From the NCBI RefSeq assembly GCF_009914755.1, contig NC_060927.1: 64,000 bases of DNA; one strand, given 5' to 3'. Positions 32,015 through 44,534 of this stretch are shown one piece after another. This DNA comes from the human T2T-CHM13v2.0 reference genome, Homo sapiens. Both the position numbers and the translations under genes were made by a program. How positions within the stretch are numbered: position 1 is the first letter of the stretch; each line of letters starts with the position of its first letter. The notes beneath the pieces were generated by a model. That model did not search any database. It was not told the DNA's origin and was given only the letters and a program-made list of their open reading frames with translations.

Positions 32015-33505
32015 TCCTCAAATAATATTTATTGATTATAAACCATTACTTTGCTAAGAATTTGTAATATAATAGGTAACAAGATAAAAATGATGAGTCA
32101 TCAGGATTTTAGTCTTGCAGGAGAGAGACACACCATATTGAAATACTGTCATGCATTGCTTAATAACAGGAAAACATTCTGAGAAATGAGTCTGTAGGTT
32201 ATTTTGTCACTATGGGAAAATCATAGAGTGCACTTATGCAAACCTAGATGGTATAGCCTACTAACACCTAGGCTACATGGTATAACCGATTGCTTACAGG
32301 CTACAAACCTGTATAGCCTACTACTGTGCTGAATACTGTAGGCAACTGCAAGACAATGGTAAGTATGTGTGTACCTGATCATATAAAAACACACAAAAGG
32401 TGCAGTAAAAATACTGTACAATAGATTAAAAATGGTATACCTATATAGGGCACTTACCATGAATGGAGCTTGAAGTACTGTAAGTTGCTCCACGTAAGTC
32501 AGTGAGTGTTGAGTGAATGTGAAAGCCTAGAGCATTACTGTACATTACTGTAGACTTTATAAACAATGTACACTTAGGCCATACTAATTTAAAAATATTT
32601 TTTTTCTGTCTTCAATAATAAATTAACCTTAGCTTACTGCAACTTTTCTGTTTGATAACTTTTTAAATTTGTTTAACTTTTTGACTCTTGTAATAAGAGT
32701 TTCAAACACAAAAACACTGCACAAAAATATTTTATTATTTTATCCTTATTTTATAAACTTTTATCTACTTAAATATTTAAAATTTATTTTTAAACTTTTT
32801 ATTAAAAACTAAAACATAAACACACACGTTAGTCTAGGTCTACACAGGGTCAGAATCATCAATATCACTGTCTTCCATCTCCACATTTTGTCCTATTGGA
32901 AGGTTTTCAGAGGCAATAACATGCATGGAACTCTAGTCTCTTAGAATAACAATATCATCTTCTTGAATACCTCCTGAAAGACCTGCCTGAGGCTATTTAC
33001 GTTTAACTTTTTAAAGTTAGAAGTACACTCTATAATAACAAGGAAAGTACAGTATAGTAAATACACAAGCCAGTAACATAGTCATTTATTATTTTTATCA
33101 ATTACTATGTACTATATATAATTGTATATGCTATAATTTTATACTGCTGGCAGAGCAGCAGATTTGCTTACACCAATTTGTTTATTCACAGACAAATGAA
33201 TAATGTGGGGCACTAAGACCTTGCAACCACTATGACATTACTAGGCAACAGGAATTTTTCAGCTTCATTATAATCTTATGGGACCACGTAGTATATGCAG
33301 TCTGTCTTGACTGAAATTTCTCTCTGCAGTTTATAACTGTACTCAATCAAATATAAATAACTATAAAGTGTGAAGTGCTTATCAAGGGGATCTAATTTTG
33401 TCTTGGGGGAGTGGAGTGGCTTCAGTAAGGTATGTTTTTTTAAAGATTAGCAGAATTTAACCTTGTGGAAAATAGTGCTAAGAATTAGAGGTGGAATGGT
33501 CTTCC
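32015..33505 (-). mobile_element. L2 3' fragment split by Tigger3 (32015-32143 and 33342-33505)
   Basis: aatatttattga...aacaagat...agtcttgcaggagagagacac motifs continue after the Tigger. Confidence 0.45.
32146..33339 (+). mobile_element. Tigger3b-like TcMar-Tigger element
   Basis: TA TSDs at 32144 and 33340; diagnostic aaacctagatggtatagcctactaacacctaggctac; ~1.2 kb. Confidence 0.88.
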
Positions 33506-33508
33506 AGA

Positions 33509-34278
33509 CATCACTGGCCATCAGATAAATGCAAATCAAAACCACAATGAGATACCATCTCACACCAGTTAGAATGGCGATCATTAAAAGTCAGGAAACA
33601 ACAGGTGCTGGAGAGGATGTGGAGAAACAGGAACACTTTTGCACTGTTGGTGGGACTATAAACTAGTTCAACCATTGTGGAAGTCAGTGTGGAGATTCCT
33701 TAGGGATCTGGAATTAGAAATACCATTTGACCCAGCCATCCCATTACTGGGTATATACCCAAAGGATTATAAATCATGCTGCTATAAAGACACATGCACA
33801 GGTATGTTTATTGTGGCACCATTCACAATAGCAAAGATTTGGAACCAACCCAAATGTCCAACAATGATAGACTGGATTAAGAAAATGTGGCACATATACA
33901 CCATGGAATACTATGCAGCCATAAAAAATGATGAGTTCATGTCCTTTGTAGGGACATGGATGAAGCTGGAAACCATCATTCTCAGCAAATTATTGCAAGG
34001 ACAAAAAACCAAACACTGCATGTTCTCACTCATAGGTGGGAACTGAACAATGAGAACACATGGACACAGGAAGGGGAACATCACACACCCAGGACAGTTG
34101 TGGGGTTGGGGGAGGGGGGAGGGATAGCATTAGGAGACACACCTAATGCTAAATGACGAGTTAATGGGTGCAGCACACTAACATGGCACATGTATACATA
34201 TGTAACAAACCTGCACGTTGTGCACATGTACCCTAAAACTTAAAGTATAATAATAATAAAATAAAAAAAAAAGAAAAA
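33509..34278 (+). mobile_element. 5'-truncated L1 (L1PA4-like)
   Basis: ORF2 C-terminus (ORF 33639..34046 ending SLIGGN); 3'UTR aacatggcac...gtaacaaacctgcacgttg; A-tail. Confidence 0.92.
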
Positions 34279-34694
34279 GTCATTTCCACATGCTCTCTCA
34301 TGGTTATTTTGGTGATGAGATGATAAGAAGGGAGGTAGTAGCATATTTAAGTAGCTTTTATTGGATTCAAATAGGTGAGAAAACAAGCCTGTCTTGCACT
34401 TCCAAGAGTGAACAGCCAATAATATCACTCAGAGGCCTTTTATTTCTGCATATGCTTTTAACTGAAGGTTGACCTCACATAGTTTTCTAACAATGATTTG
34501 TAGTAAGACCTGTAGCATCCAAATTTAATTATTATCTCAAAGGACCAAATTTCAAGTAAAAAAATGGTCACACATATTAGAGGTCCAGGGAATCTAGGCA
34601 AAAGACAGATCTCTATATTCAATTCTTCATTTTCTATGGGAAGAATTTCAAATTAAATTAATAATTTTTTTCTCTTTTTTACCTTTATTTGTTC

Positions 34695-34873
34695 CTTTTT
34701 TGTTTTATTTTGTTTTGTTTTTAGAGTCGGGTATCACTCTGTCTCCAGGCTAGAGTGCAGTGCTGTAATCATCCCTTGCACGCACTACAGTCTTAGACTG
34801 CTAGGCTCAAGCAGTCCTCCCACCTCACCCTCCCAATTAGTTGGAATTATAAGCCTGAGCCACCGAGTGGATC
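34695..34873 (-). mobile_element. Alu monomer (FRAM/FLAM-like)
   Basis: Single arm caggctagagtgcagt...ctcaagcagtcctcccacctca...tgagccacc. Confidence 0.75.
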
Positions 34874-35796
34874 CTTAATAGATTTCTCCACCAAACAGTT
34901 TCTAATTGCTATGTTTGCATAAGGACTATCCCTGACATGATATGAACCATCATTTTTCAGGAATCCTCTAAGAGCTGGCATGCACATTAATAGGATATAT
35001 ATAAAAATCAAATAATCAAAAAATCTTAAAGATGAAACAAAAAATGTTACTTCAACTATTTAATAGTTACTACGAATAAAATGATGATTTGAGGGCAGAC
35101 TGTTTTTCTTGAAGAATAGGGAGAGCACAGTATAACTAACAAAAGTACCTATTGCTATTTATAACAGAGTTGAAAATTTAGGGGACACTGATTTATTTAC
35201 TATATTTAATAAACATATTTAAATGCTCGAATTTTCTGTGTAAGTCAGAATATATCTAGTCATTTTCAGATAGGCCTCTGATTTATAATGGAATATTACT
35301 GATGTTTCACATATAAATGCAAATCTTTTTCTATGAAGAGAATAGGAAATTAACAGATACAATAAACCATATGCTGTACAAAATAAACATTATTTGAAAA
35401 AATTTCAAAGTATAGGATCAGCAGAAGCATTTCAGGTTGTTTAGATATAGAATTCCTATATAAGCATACATATAAGCATACATATCAGGCAAAATTCCAC
35501 ATGTAGAAAAAGAAATCTCAACTTTTTATTTTATAATTTGCATCTCATGGTTTATTTTATGAGACAATAATTTGCACTTAAAGGACTAGATGTTACAGAT
35601 TATTATTTAATTACTTTGCCTTGATAAATTGAGAGGCACTAAATTTCCTTTTAGAACACATCTGAAAGCTCCATTGGCACTTCTGAAAAGAGAAGTGTTA
35701 AAATATGCATATCCTGGATCATGCTTTCCAAATTGTTTTAGAATAATAAATATTCAATTATTTTGTCATGGGCTTCTTATTATTCTTTTCATTATT

Positions 35797-36073
35797 TGAG
35801 TTCTTGCTCTGTTGCTCAGGCTGGAGTGCAGTGGCACAATAATGGCTCACTGTACCCTCGAACTCCTGGGCTCCAGTCGTCCTCCCACCTCAGCTTGCTG
35901 AGTAGCTGAGACTACAGGCATAGGTCACCATCCCACCCTAATTTTTATGTATTTTGTAGAGGCAAGATGTTGCTGTGTTTCCCAGGCTGGTCTTGAACTC
36001 CTGGAGTCAAGCTATCTTCCCACCTCACCCTCCCAAAGTGCTGGGATTATAGGCCTGAGCCACCGCATCAAGC
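35797..36073 (-). mobile_element. AluJ
   Basis: Dimer with J diagnostics ctcgaactcctgggctc...tcctcccacctcagc. Confidence 0.88.
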
Positions 36074-39000
36074 TATCTGTTTTTTGTTTTGTTTTGTTTT
36101 TCACATGTTTACTTATGTTTGTGAGTTGGCCTTCTTTAAAAATCAAGATTGCTTTAAAATGTATAATGATTGAAAAATATTTTTTGAAGTTATTTAATTT
36201 TTACGTGTGATCACTAGAAATATTGAATGTAGAAATGCTATTAGGATGCTGACAATGAATATATCTAACACAATTATGAAGGTTTTAGAAACTAGAAGGT
36301 ATTTGTTTATTTTTGAATTATGTTTTATGCTTTCAAAATGTCCAAGTGACCAATTTGCTCTCCTTTGGTATATTTTGGTATCCATTAGTTATTCTATTAT
36401 AAATTACCTTAAAATGTAAAAATCGATACCTTTAAAACATAGTAACTCTTAAAACAATTTTATAAGTAATTTGTACAGGTAATTTTATACTCTTTAGATT
36501 TATTTGAATACTTCCTTAAAGAGGAAAATGAAAAAATATAGGTCAAGAATTATCAGTCATAACAATGACACTAATTACAAAAGACTTGAAAAGTAAATTT
36601 AATGTTCATTATTGCAAGAGATAACTACTGGATTCAGGTAAATTATAATATATAGAAATTCAACTTTCATAAAATACAACATACTAAAAATACTTTTGCT
36701 TATAATAATTTACTATTTTGACATATCTAACCTTCTGATTGTCCAGGTAGAAAACAGATTTCTACCCTAATTTCATTACAATTTGCAATTCCCATATATA
36801 TGAGGTTGATCAAGTTAAGCTCATCCTTAATCTGTTGATCAAGTTAAACTCAGTTTATCAGATCTATGGTAATAAGGAAGATCACTCTCTTGACAGAAGT
36901 GTAGTCTCAGAAGGGGAGAGCAGGGAGAAAGTTTATATGATTTTGCAATCGTGGCTCAAGTGACATAATGCATTATTTAAGATGGGGATCTGACTATGAT
37001 TAGGTAAAGTTGTTGGCATCATATTTCAAACTGGTGAATATAGCCAAATGAGAACCTGAAAATGAGTCTGGATAAGTAAATGAATTTATTGATAAGTGAG
37101 TTGTTTGCCCCAGTTAATAATCTATTGCTTTGAGAGAAGAGCAATTTATCTAATAAAATTAATTTGTACAAAATTTCTGCAGAAAGCAATAAAGTTATTT
37201 CTTGCTTTGTAGCCTTATCTTCCTGGGTAGGAATTTCCTGGGACAGACGTGGGTGACTTATCATGTGAACAAAGACACTCTTGGTTTTCAGTGTATGGCT
37301 GGAGGTGTTCTCCCCCGTGGTCATGTTTTAGCCTGAAAAAGAGTCAAAATCATTACCCCATAAGAGTGTGACGAATTCACAAGCTTCAGGGGGTCATTCT
37401 TAGCTCTGTAAGCATTGCACTTTCTGTTCATTGACTATTTGATAGCTCATTTAACAAGATATTGGCTCTACAATAACAGCAGTTTAGGCTTGGGATGGCA
37501 TATATTTGAGCAATATGTATAAATAGTAGGAGAAAGATAGTGATAGTAATACATACTTCACTTCTGAATCATGAGCCAAGAATGTACATATTAAACCAGG
37601 AGAAGAGATCTCATACCAAATAGTCTGAAAAATCTGATGTTTGGGTATTTGCTGAAGATTTTATGATTTGTTTCTTCACTATTTTAGAAATGTTAAAGAT
37701 TGCAGAGTTGTCTGAGTGATGTAAGTAAAAAAATTTTCCACAAGAAAACATGTGTTACCTCTTGAGACACCAGGATTATTTGCATAGCAGCTCTATCAGA
37801 AACCATGACTTATTCAATGTCATGGCCCTCTCAAGTGAGTAAGTCTTTGTGTGTCGTTTGCCTGCTATTCTCTGAAGCACATCATGCATATTCCTCAATA
37901 TTGTAGGCTGTTTTTAATTATGAAATGAAGGTGCTTGAGAATATAATCACATTCAACATTCTCCCTTGAATTAAGTTCATATTCAAATTTCACTTTCTTC
38001 TTCCATTATTCTCACAACCACTTTTTCCATGAGACAAAATAGAGGGGCAAGAATACTCTCTTGGTCATATCAGGGACTATTGTTAAGGCAGGCAGTTGTT
38101 TAAAAAAGAGCAAATTCCTGTCTAGTGTTTGGTGTAATTAGCCAATAGATATTTATGCTATTAATTCCACACCAGTCATTGTGGACCACCCAATGGTGTG
38201 ACTGTGGCCCAAACACCTTTCTAAGATTGTTGAATCATATTGTGACTTTTTTTGAAGTACTCATTGTGAGTGATCTGGCACCAGATGGTAAAATATTTAA
38301 TATAGAGATAATTAGATACATTTTGAGCAAAAGAACTGAGTTGAACTAAATTGTATTCCTTACTTTAAGGTCTGTAAAACAAGAATATTTTCAAATATAC
38401 AACATATGTTTCATAGTTCTTTTCCAAGATTTATTTCTATAAAACCACAGTGACAAAAAATAACACCCACGGAAGTTTCCAAGTGTTATTTAAATGTTGT
38501 AGGTACAATGCGATAGAGTGTTTAGTTTTTGTGTGATCTTTCATACTATTTTTTGTCTAAATGTCTATTAGCATTGACTCCAAATAACCTGAAAATTAAA
38601 TAATTTATTTGAAAAAACTGGCACCAGAGAAAGCTTGGTGGAGCTCAAGAAAACGTGAGTGAAAAATCCAAAAATTTGTTTGATTGAATATTTTTGCCAA
38701 ATCATAACTAAATTCAAGTGGTATTGTACTCCTAACAAAGAATGACTGAGAATGCCAAGATCAATATTAAAGAGCTGTAGGCATTATAGTAAGATATAAC
38801 AATCCAAAACCTTAAAAAAGCTATGAGGAAAGAAAATAAGTGGGTTATAAGGAACAAAACCTAGAAGAATAAAGTGTGAAAATATACAACTCTTGTCATT
38901 TTGATATCCATTCCATGAAATTATGGTGAATTCTATCTACTACAGGGACTTACATATTTTATTTGAAGTCTTGAATAAAAATTTCTTTTAAAAATTGCCT

Positions 39001-39335
39001 TTTTCTGTAAAACTTGAGATCTTTAGTCAGAACATGTGAATCCAAGAATCAATCTTTTGAAATTTCACTGTTCTATTGATTACTATTAACCAATAACATC
39101 CTTTCTATTTGGAGTTCAAGGGATACATTGCTTTGATTTCTCTTCCAAAAACCAGGTGTTCAAGTTTTAGGTCATATAAGAGTTGTTTATAGGAAGTTAA
39201 TGAAGTTTATAGGAAGTTGCTCACTCATGTTGATGATAAGACTGAATATGTTGTTTGATTCCCTTGCAGTTTTTGGCCATATCTCACTATAATAAGGTAG
39301 AATCTAGAAATTATGTCGATATTTACGGATGCCAG

Positions 39336-39690
39336 TGATATGATTTGGCTCTGTGTCCCCACTCAAATTTCATCTTGAATTGTAATAATCCCCACGTGTC
39401 AAGGGCAGGACTAGGTAGAAATAACTGAATCATGGGGGCTGTTTCCCCCATACTGCTCTCGTGATAGTGAGTTCTCATAAGATCTGATGGTTTTATAAAG
39501 GGTTTCCTGCTTTGATAGCTTCTCATTTCTCTCTCCAGCTGCCCTGTGAAAAGGTGCCTTCCACCATGATTATAAGTTTCCTGAGGCCTACCCAGCCATG
39601 CAGAACTGTGAGCAAGTTAAACATCTTTTTTTTCATAAATTACCCATTCTCAGGTATTTCTTCATACCAGCATGAGAACAGACTAATACA
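39336..39690 (+). mobile_element. THE1 (C/D-like) solo LTR
   Basis: tgatatgatttggctctgtgtcccc ... gactaataca termini. Confidence 0.92.
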
Positions 39691-39968
39691 CAGGGTATGA
39701 TCCCCTGCTAACTTACAAGTGAAAGCTGATACTACTCTAAAGGAGTAAATCTCTTTGATGTTAGTCAATAAAATCATCTTAATCCACATCAGTTTGAGGA
39801 TCTCTGAGGGTTTTGCTAATTTTAGTTTCAAAATTCCACTTATTATATTCATCCTCAATATTGGAGATGGAACAGACAGGGGATCTTCTCAACAGGTGGC
39901 AAGTATTTATAAACTATAGCTGCAGTAAAATGGATGCCTTGTAGCTGCAGAGACAAGTTGGAATTTTC

Positions 39969-42206
39969 CAATCATGGCAGAAGGGGAAGGGGAAGCAAGT
40001 CACCTTCTTCACAAGGTGGCACAAAGGAGAAGTGGCTAGAGAAGTGGGAAGAGCCCCTTATAAGACCATCATGTCTCATGAGAACTCACTCAGTATCACA
40101 ATACAGCATGAGGAAAGGTGTCCCCATGATACAATTACCCCCACCTGGTCTCTCCCTTAACACGTAGGGATAATGGGGATTATGGGGATTATTCAAGATG
40201 AGCTTTGTGTGAGGAAACAAAGCCTAACTCTATCATTCTGCACTGGCCCCTTCCAAATCTCATGTCCCTTATGTCAATCATGCATTGCAATCTGTCTTGC
40301 AAAGTCTTAATTCATTCCAGCATTAACTCAAATGTCCAAGTCCAAAGTCTCATCTGAGTCAAGGCAAGTCCCTTCTGCCTATACACCTGTAAAACCAAAA
40401 TCAAGTTAATTACTTCCTAGATACAGTGGGGGTATAGGCAATGAGTAAATACACCCATTCCAAATGGGAGAACTTGGTCAAAATAAAGGGGCTACAGGCC
40501 TCATGCGTTTGAAAGCCAGTGGGGTAGTCAAATGCCAAAGCTCTGAAACCGTCTTTTCCAACTCTATGCCTCACATCCAGGTCATGCTGATGTAAGAGAT
40601 GGGCTCCCACAGCCTTGGGCAGCTCTGCCTCTGTGGCTTTGCAGGGTACAGCCTCCCTCCTGACTGCTTTCAATGGGCTGGCATTGAGTGCCTATGGCTT
40701 TTCTAGGTATACAGTGTAAGCTGTTGGTGGATCTAACATTCTGGGGTCTGGAGGACAGTAGCCCTCTTCTCAGAGCCCCACTAGGTTGTGCCCCAGTATT
40801 GACTCTGTGTGGGGGCTCTGACCCCACATTTCTCTTCTGTACTGCCCTAGAAAAAGTTCTCTATAGGAGCTCCACAGCAAATTTCTGCAGCGAATTTCTG
40901 TCTGGACATCCAGAAATTCTTGTAATCCTCTAAAATCTAAGTGGAGTTTCCAAACCTCAATTCTTTACTTCTGTGCTCCTGCAGGCCCAACACCACGTGA
41001 AAGCAGCCAAGGCTTGGGGCTTGAACCCTCTGAAGCAACAACCTGAGCTGTACCTTGTCCCATTTTAGCCACGGCTTGAGTGGCCAAGACATAGGGCACC
41101 AAGTCCAAATACTGCACAAAGCAGCAAGGCCCTGGGCCCAGCCGACTAAACCATTTTCTTTCTAGGCCTCCAGACCTATAATGGGAAGTGCTGCCATGAA
41201 GAATTCTGACTTGTCCTGGAGACACTGTCTTGTCCATAATATTTGGCTCCTTGTTATTTATGCAAATTTCTCCAGCTGGCTTGAATTTCTTCCCAGAAAA
41301 TAGGTTTTTCTTTTCTATTGCATCGTCAGGCTGCCAATTTTCCAAACTTTTATTCTCTGCTTTCCTTTTAAACATAAGTTCCAATCCCAAACCATCTCTT
41401 TATGAATGTGTAAAACTGAATGCTTTTAAGAGCACCCAGGTCATATCTTAAATTTTTTGCTGCTTAGAAATGTCTTCCGCTAGATACCCTAAATTATCTC
41501 TCTGAAGTTCAATGTTCCACAGAACTCTGGGGCAGGGGCAAAATGCTACCAGTCCCTGTGCTAAAGCATAGCAAGAATCATCTTTATTCCAGTTCCCAAA
41601 AAGTTCCTCATCTTTATCTGAGACCAATTCAGCCTGGACTACATTGTCCATATCACTTACAGCATGTTGGTCGAAGCCATTCAACAAGTCTCTAGAAGTT
41701 TCAAACTTTTCCACACCTTCCTGTCTTCTGAGCCTTCCAAACTGTTCCAACCTTTGCCTGTTATCCAGTTCCAAAGTTGCTTCTACATTTTTCGGTACCT
41801 TTATAGCAGTACACCATGCCCCGCAGTACCAATTTACTGTATTAGTCCATTTTCACACAGGTATAAAGAACTGCCAAAGACTGGATAATTTATAAAGGAA
41901 AGAGGTTTGATTGACTCGCAGTTCTGCATGGCTGGGGAGGCCTCAGGAAAGTCACAATTGTGATGGAAGGGGAAGGGGAAGGGGAAGCAGGGCACCTTCT
42001 TCACAAGGCAGCAGGAAGAATGAATGCAGGAGGAGCTACCAAACACTTATAAAATCACCAGATATCATGAGAACTCACTCATTATTAGGTAAACAGCATG
42101 GGGAAAACAGCCCCCGTGATCCATTTACCTCCACCTGATCTCTCCCTTGACACATGGAATTTATGGGGATGAAATTTGGGTAGGAACACAAAGCCTAACC
42201 ATATCA
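39969..42206 (-). mobile_element. THE1D-like MaLR provirus: 5'LTR 42206-41838, internal 41837-40236, truncated 3'LTR 40235-39969
   Basis: tgtattagtcc...aaccatatca LTR; internal starts gtaaattggtac; THE1-int ORF remnants. Confidence 0.92.
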
Positions 42207-43460
42207 GTTTTTATCCCAAGGCTATATGGACATATGTTTATCCTTTTTCAGGTAATGAAACAGTTGTAGCTAGGTTTAAAATATTACAATAATAAATATA
42301 AATGGATAGAGGAGAAAATAAATAGGAGGAAATCCTAATTGTTCAGAAATTTTGGCTGATCCTGCTATTGCAAGATGGTTAGCTTTATGTCACTGGGTAA
42401 AGAAAACTATGATAAGTTCTGGTCTCTAATGATTCCCATAAAGATGAGTTAGCACACTAAGTACTTGACCAGGTTAATAGATTAATACATTTTAAAATAT
42501 CATCTCATTTTTAGGATGTGTCAAATTCATGTCTAAGTTGGATTTAAAAATAATCTCAGGCAACTTTGAGGCCTTTAGCATCCTGTTTTAGGACTTGGGA
42601 AATTTAGAAGGATACCATAGTAAATAACTGAAGCACAGACCATTATTTGTTAGCTCTCTGTATGTAGAGGACCACCTAAAAAATCAGAACTATAAAATAA
42701 TGGTACTAGAGATAGCATAGTATTTGATTCTACTACCAGTGAAAAGAAAAAATGGCTGTTTATTTATAGACCAGAGATCCTAAAACAATACAGCTTCTTG
42801 GATTTTTCAGCTGGATGAAGAGAGGTTTTATTAGAACTGGTACAAATTATGATGAGTCCATTTCCTATTAAGCTATTGACTATTGGTTTTAGTCTTGTTA
42901 ACTTCTGAATTTTGATAGCTTCAGCCCTAATAGTTTTGTCAATATAAGTAGGAAATTCAATTTGTCTCCCAAAATAATCTAAATATAATAGAATAAGAAA
43001 CTACCATACCTAAGGCAGCTTTTGAGAAAAGGGATGAAATGAGAAATATTATGCTCCTACTTAGACTCCATTTTTAAAAGTCTGTGATAAATAATAACTA
43101 TCTTAAATAACAGCTTAATTTTCATTATTATAAACTAAAGAATCTCTTTGGTTTAGGTGATCAGTGTATATATATATATACATAAATATTCATATGACAT
43201 ATATATGAGATATGTGTGTATATATATGTATATAGCTATTTTGATCTATAAGCAGAATTGTTTGATGCAAAATGTTGTTTATCAAATTTCTGAAATTATA
43301 TTTAATTATCTGTACAAGACTTTCTGTTTTATTTATAATCATTCTAATGTATATAAAAAGATTTGCTTACATGTGTTCACTTAAAATGTATATTGCTTTG
43401 CACTTATATTTTTTAAATTTGTATACATTTATATATACATTTTAATGTATTATACATTTA

Positions 43461-43672
43461 CAGATGGTCACAGACTTACATTATTTTGACTTATGATTTT
43501 TCAGTTTTACAATGGTGTGAAAACAATACTCATCCAGTAATTCTTTAACTTTCAGGAGGGTTATTTCATGATAAAACTCAAGTTGAAAGTATCACAAGTC
43601 AAAGGTTAGGATATTTTGAACTTACCATGGGTTTACCCAGATGCAGGCCCATTGTAAGTCAAGAACCATCTG
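43461..43672. mobile_element. MER47/Tigger5-like MITE
   Basis: 20-bp TIRs cagatggtcacagacttaca / tgtaagtcaagaaccatctg flanked by TA. Confidence 0.8.
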
Positions 43673-43902
43673 TATATACGTATGAATGTATAATACTATT
43701 TTTTTCTTACTCAACAGCACGATTTAACAATTAATTTGGGTTGCCACGTGTATCTCATTGTTTACTTCTAACTCTTGCATAGTAATCTGTGTCATGCACC
43801 TGCTACATTTTGCCTCTCAACCCACTGATAGAAACCTACGATGTGGCCTACTCTTCATCACCTAATACAAAGAATGTTGTGATAAATATACTTTTCTATG
43901 TA

Positions 43903-44534
43903 CAGTAGTTATTAAATATCCAGGGCAATTTGTTCCAGGAAAGCCTGTGGATACCAAAATCCATGGATGCTCAAATCTTTTATAAAATAGCATAGTATTT
44001 ATATATAACCTATGAATATTCTCCTGTATGCTGTAGGTCATTGCTAGATTACTTATAATACCTAATACAATGGAAATGCTATGTACATATTTGTACTATT
44101 TTTATCTATATTATTTATTGTTGCATTGTTGTGTTTTCTGTTTTGTGTGTGTGTGTGTTTGTTTGTTTTTTTGTTTGTTTCTTTTTTGAGACGGAGTCCC
44201 GCTCTGTTACCCAGGCTAGGGGTGTGATCTCGGCTCAATGCAACATCCACCTCCCTGGTTCAAGCAATTCCCCTGCCTCAGCCTCCTGAGTAGCTGGGAT
44301 CACAGGCACATGCCATCATGCCTGGTTAATTTTTTTTGTATTTTTAGTAGAGACAGGTTTTCACCATGTTGGCCAGACTGGTCTCGAACTCCTGACCTCA
44401 GGCAACCCGCCTGCCTCAGCCTCCCAAAGTGTTGGGATTACAGGCGTGAACCACTGCACCCAGCCTGTTGCGTTTTCAATTCACGGTTGGTTGAATCCAT
44501 GAATGCAGAACCCATGGATATAGAAAGCTGATTA
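43903..44534 (+). mobile_element. MER2 (TcMar-Tigger) split by an Alu
   Basis: ggataccaaaatccatggatgctcaa...ggttggttgaatccatgaatgcagaacccatggatatag. Confidence 0.85.
44139..44465 (-). mobile_element. AluS inside MER2; tail decayed into (TG)n/(TTTG)n
   Basis: Dimer; TSD tgttg(t/c)gttttc at 44127 and 44466. Confidence 0.9.

Larger units (their letters stand above)
37330..43000 (-). mobile_element. Highly decayed ERV1-class internal region (RNase H/integrase, probable env side), interrupted by THE1 elements
   Basis: Minus-strand integrase motifs WKIP..QGIHFTAA (~39970-39920), GILKLKLAK..W (ORF 39640..39858), DMAKNCKGI (~39270), KGCYWLIVINRTVKFQKIDSWIH (GPY/F-like, ~39030-39110). Confidence 0.7.

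Noticed and set aside
33490-34290. TSD for the L1PA4 (ggtcttccaga versus gtcatttccaca)
   Set aside because: Too divergent for a young element; not called
35457-35485. Small direct repeats (tataagcataca x2; also at 3832, 10375, 39186) as an array or CRISPR-like structure
   Set aside because: Two-copy slippage duplications with no repeat-spacer architecture; eukaryotic DNA
40410-41895. Cluster of overlapping ORFs in a GC-richer block
   Set aside because: Broken THE1 internal ORF and its antisense frames
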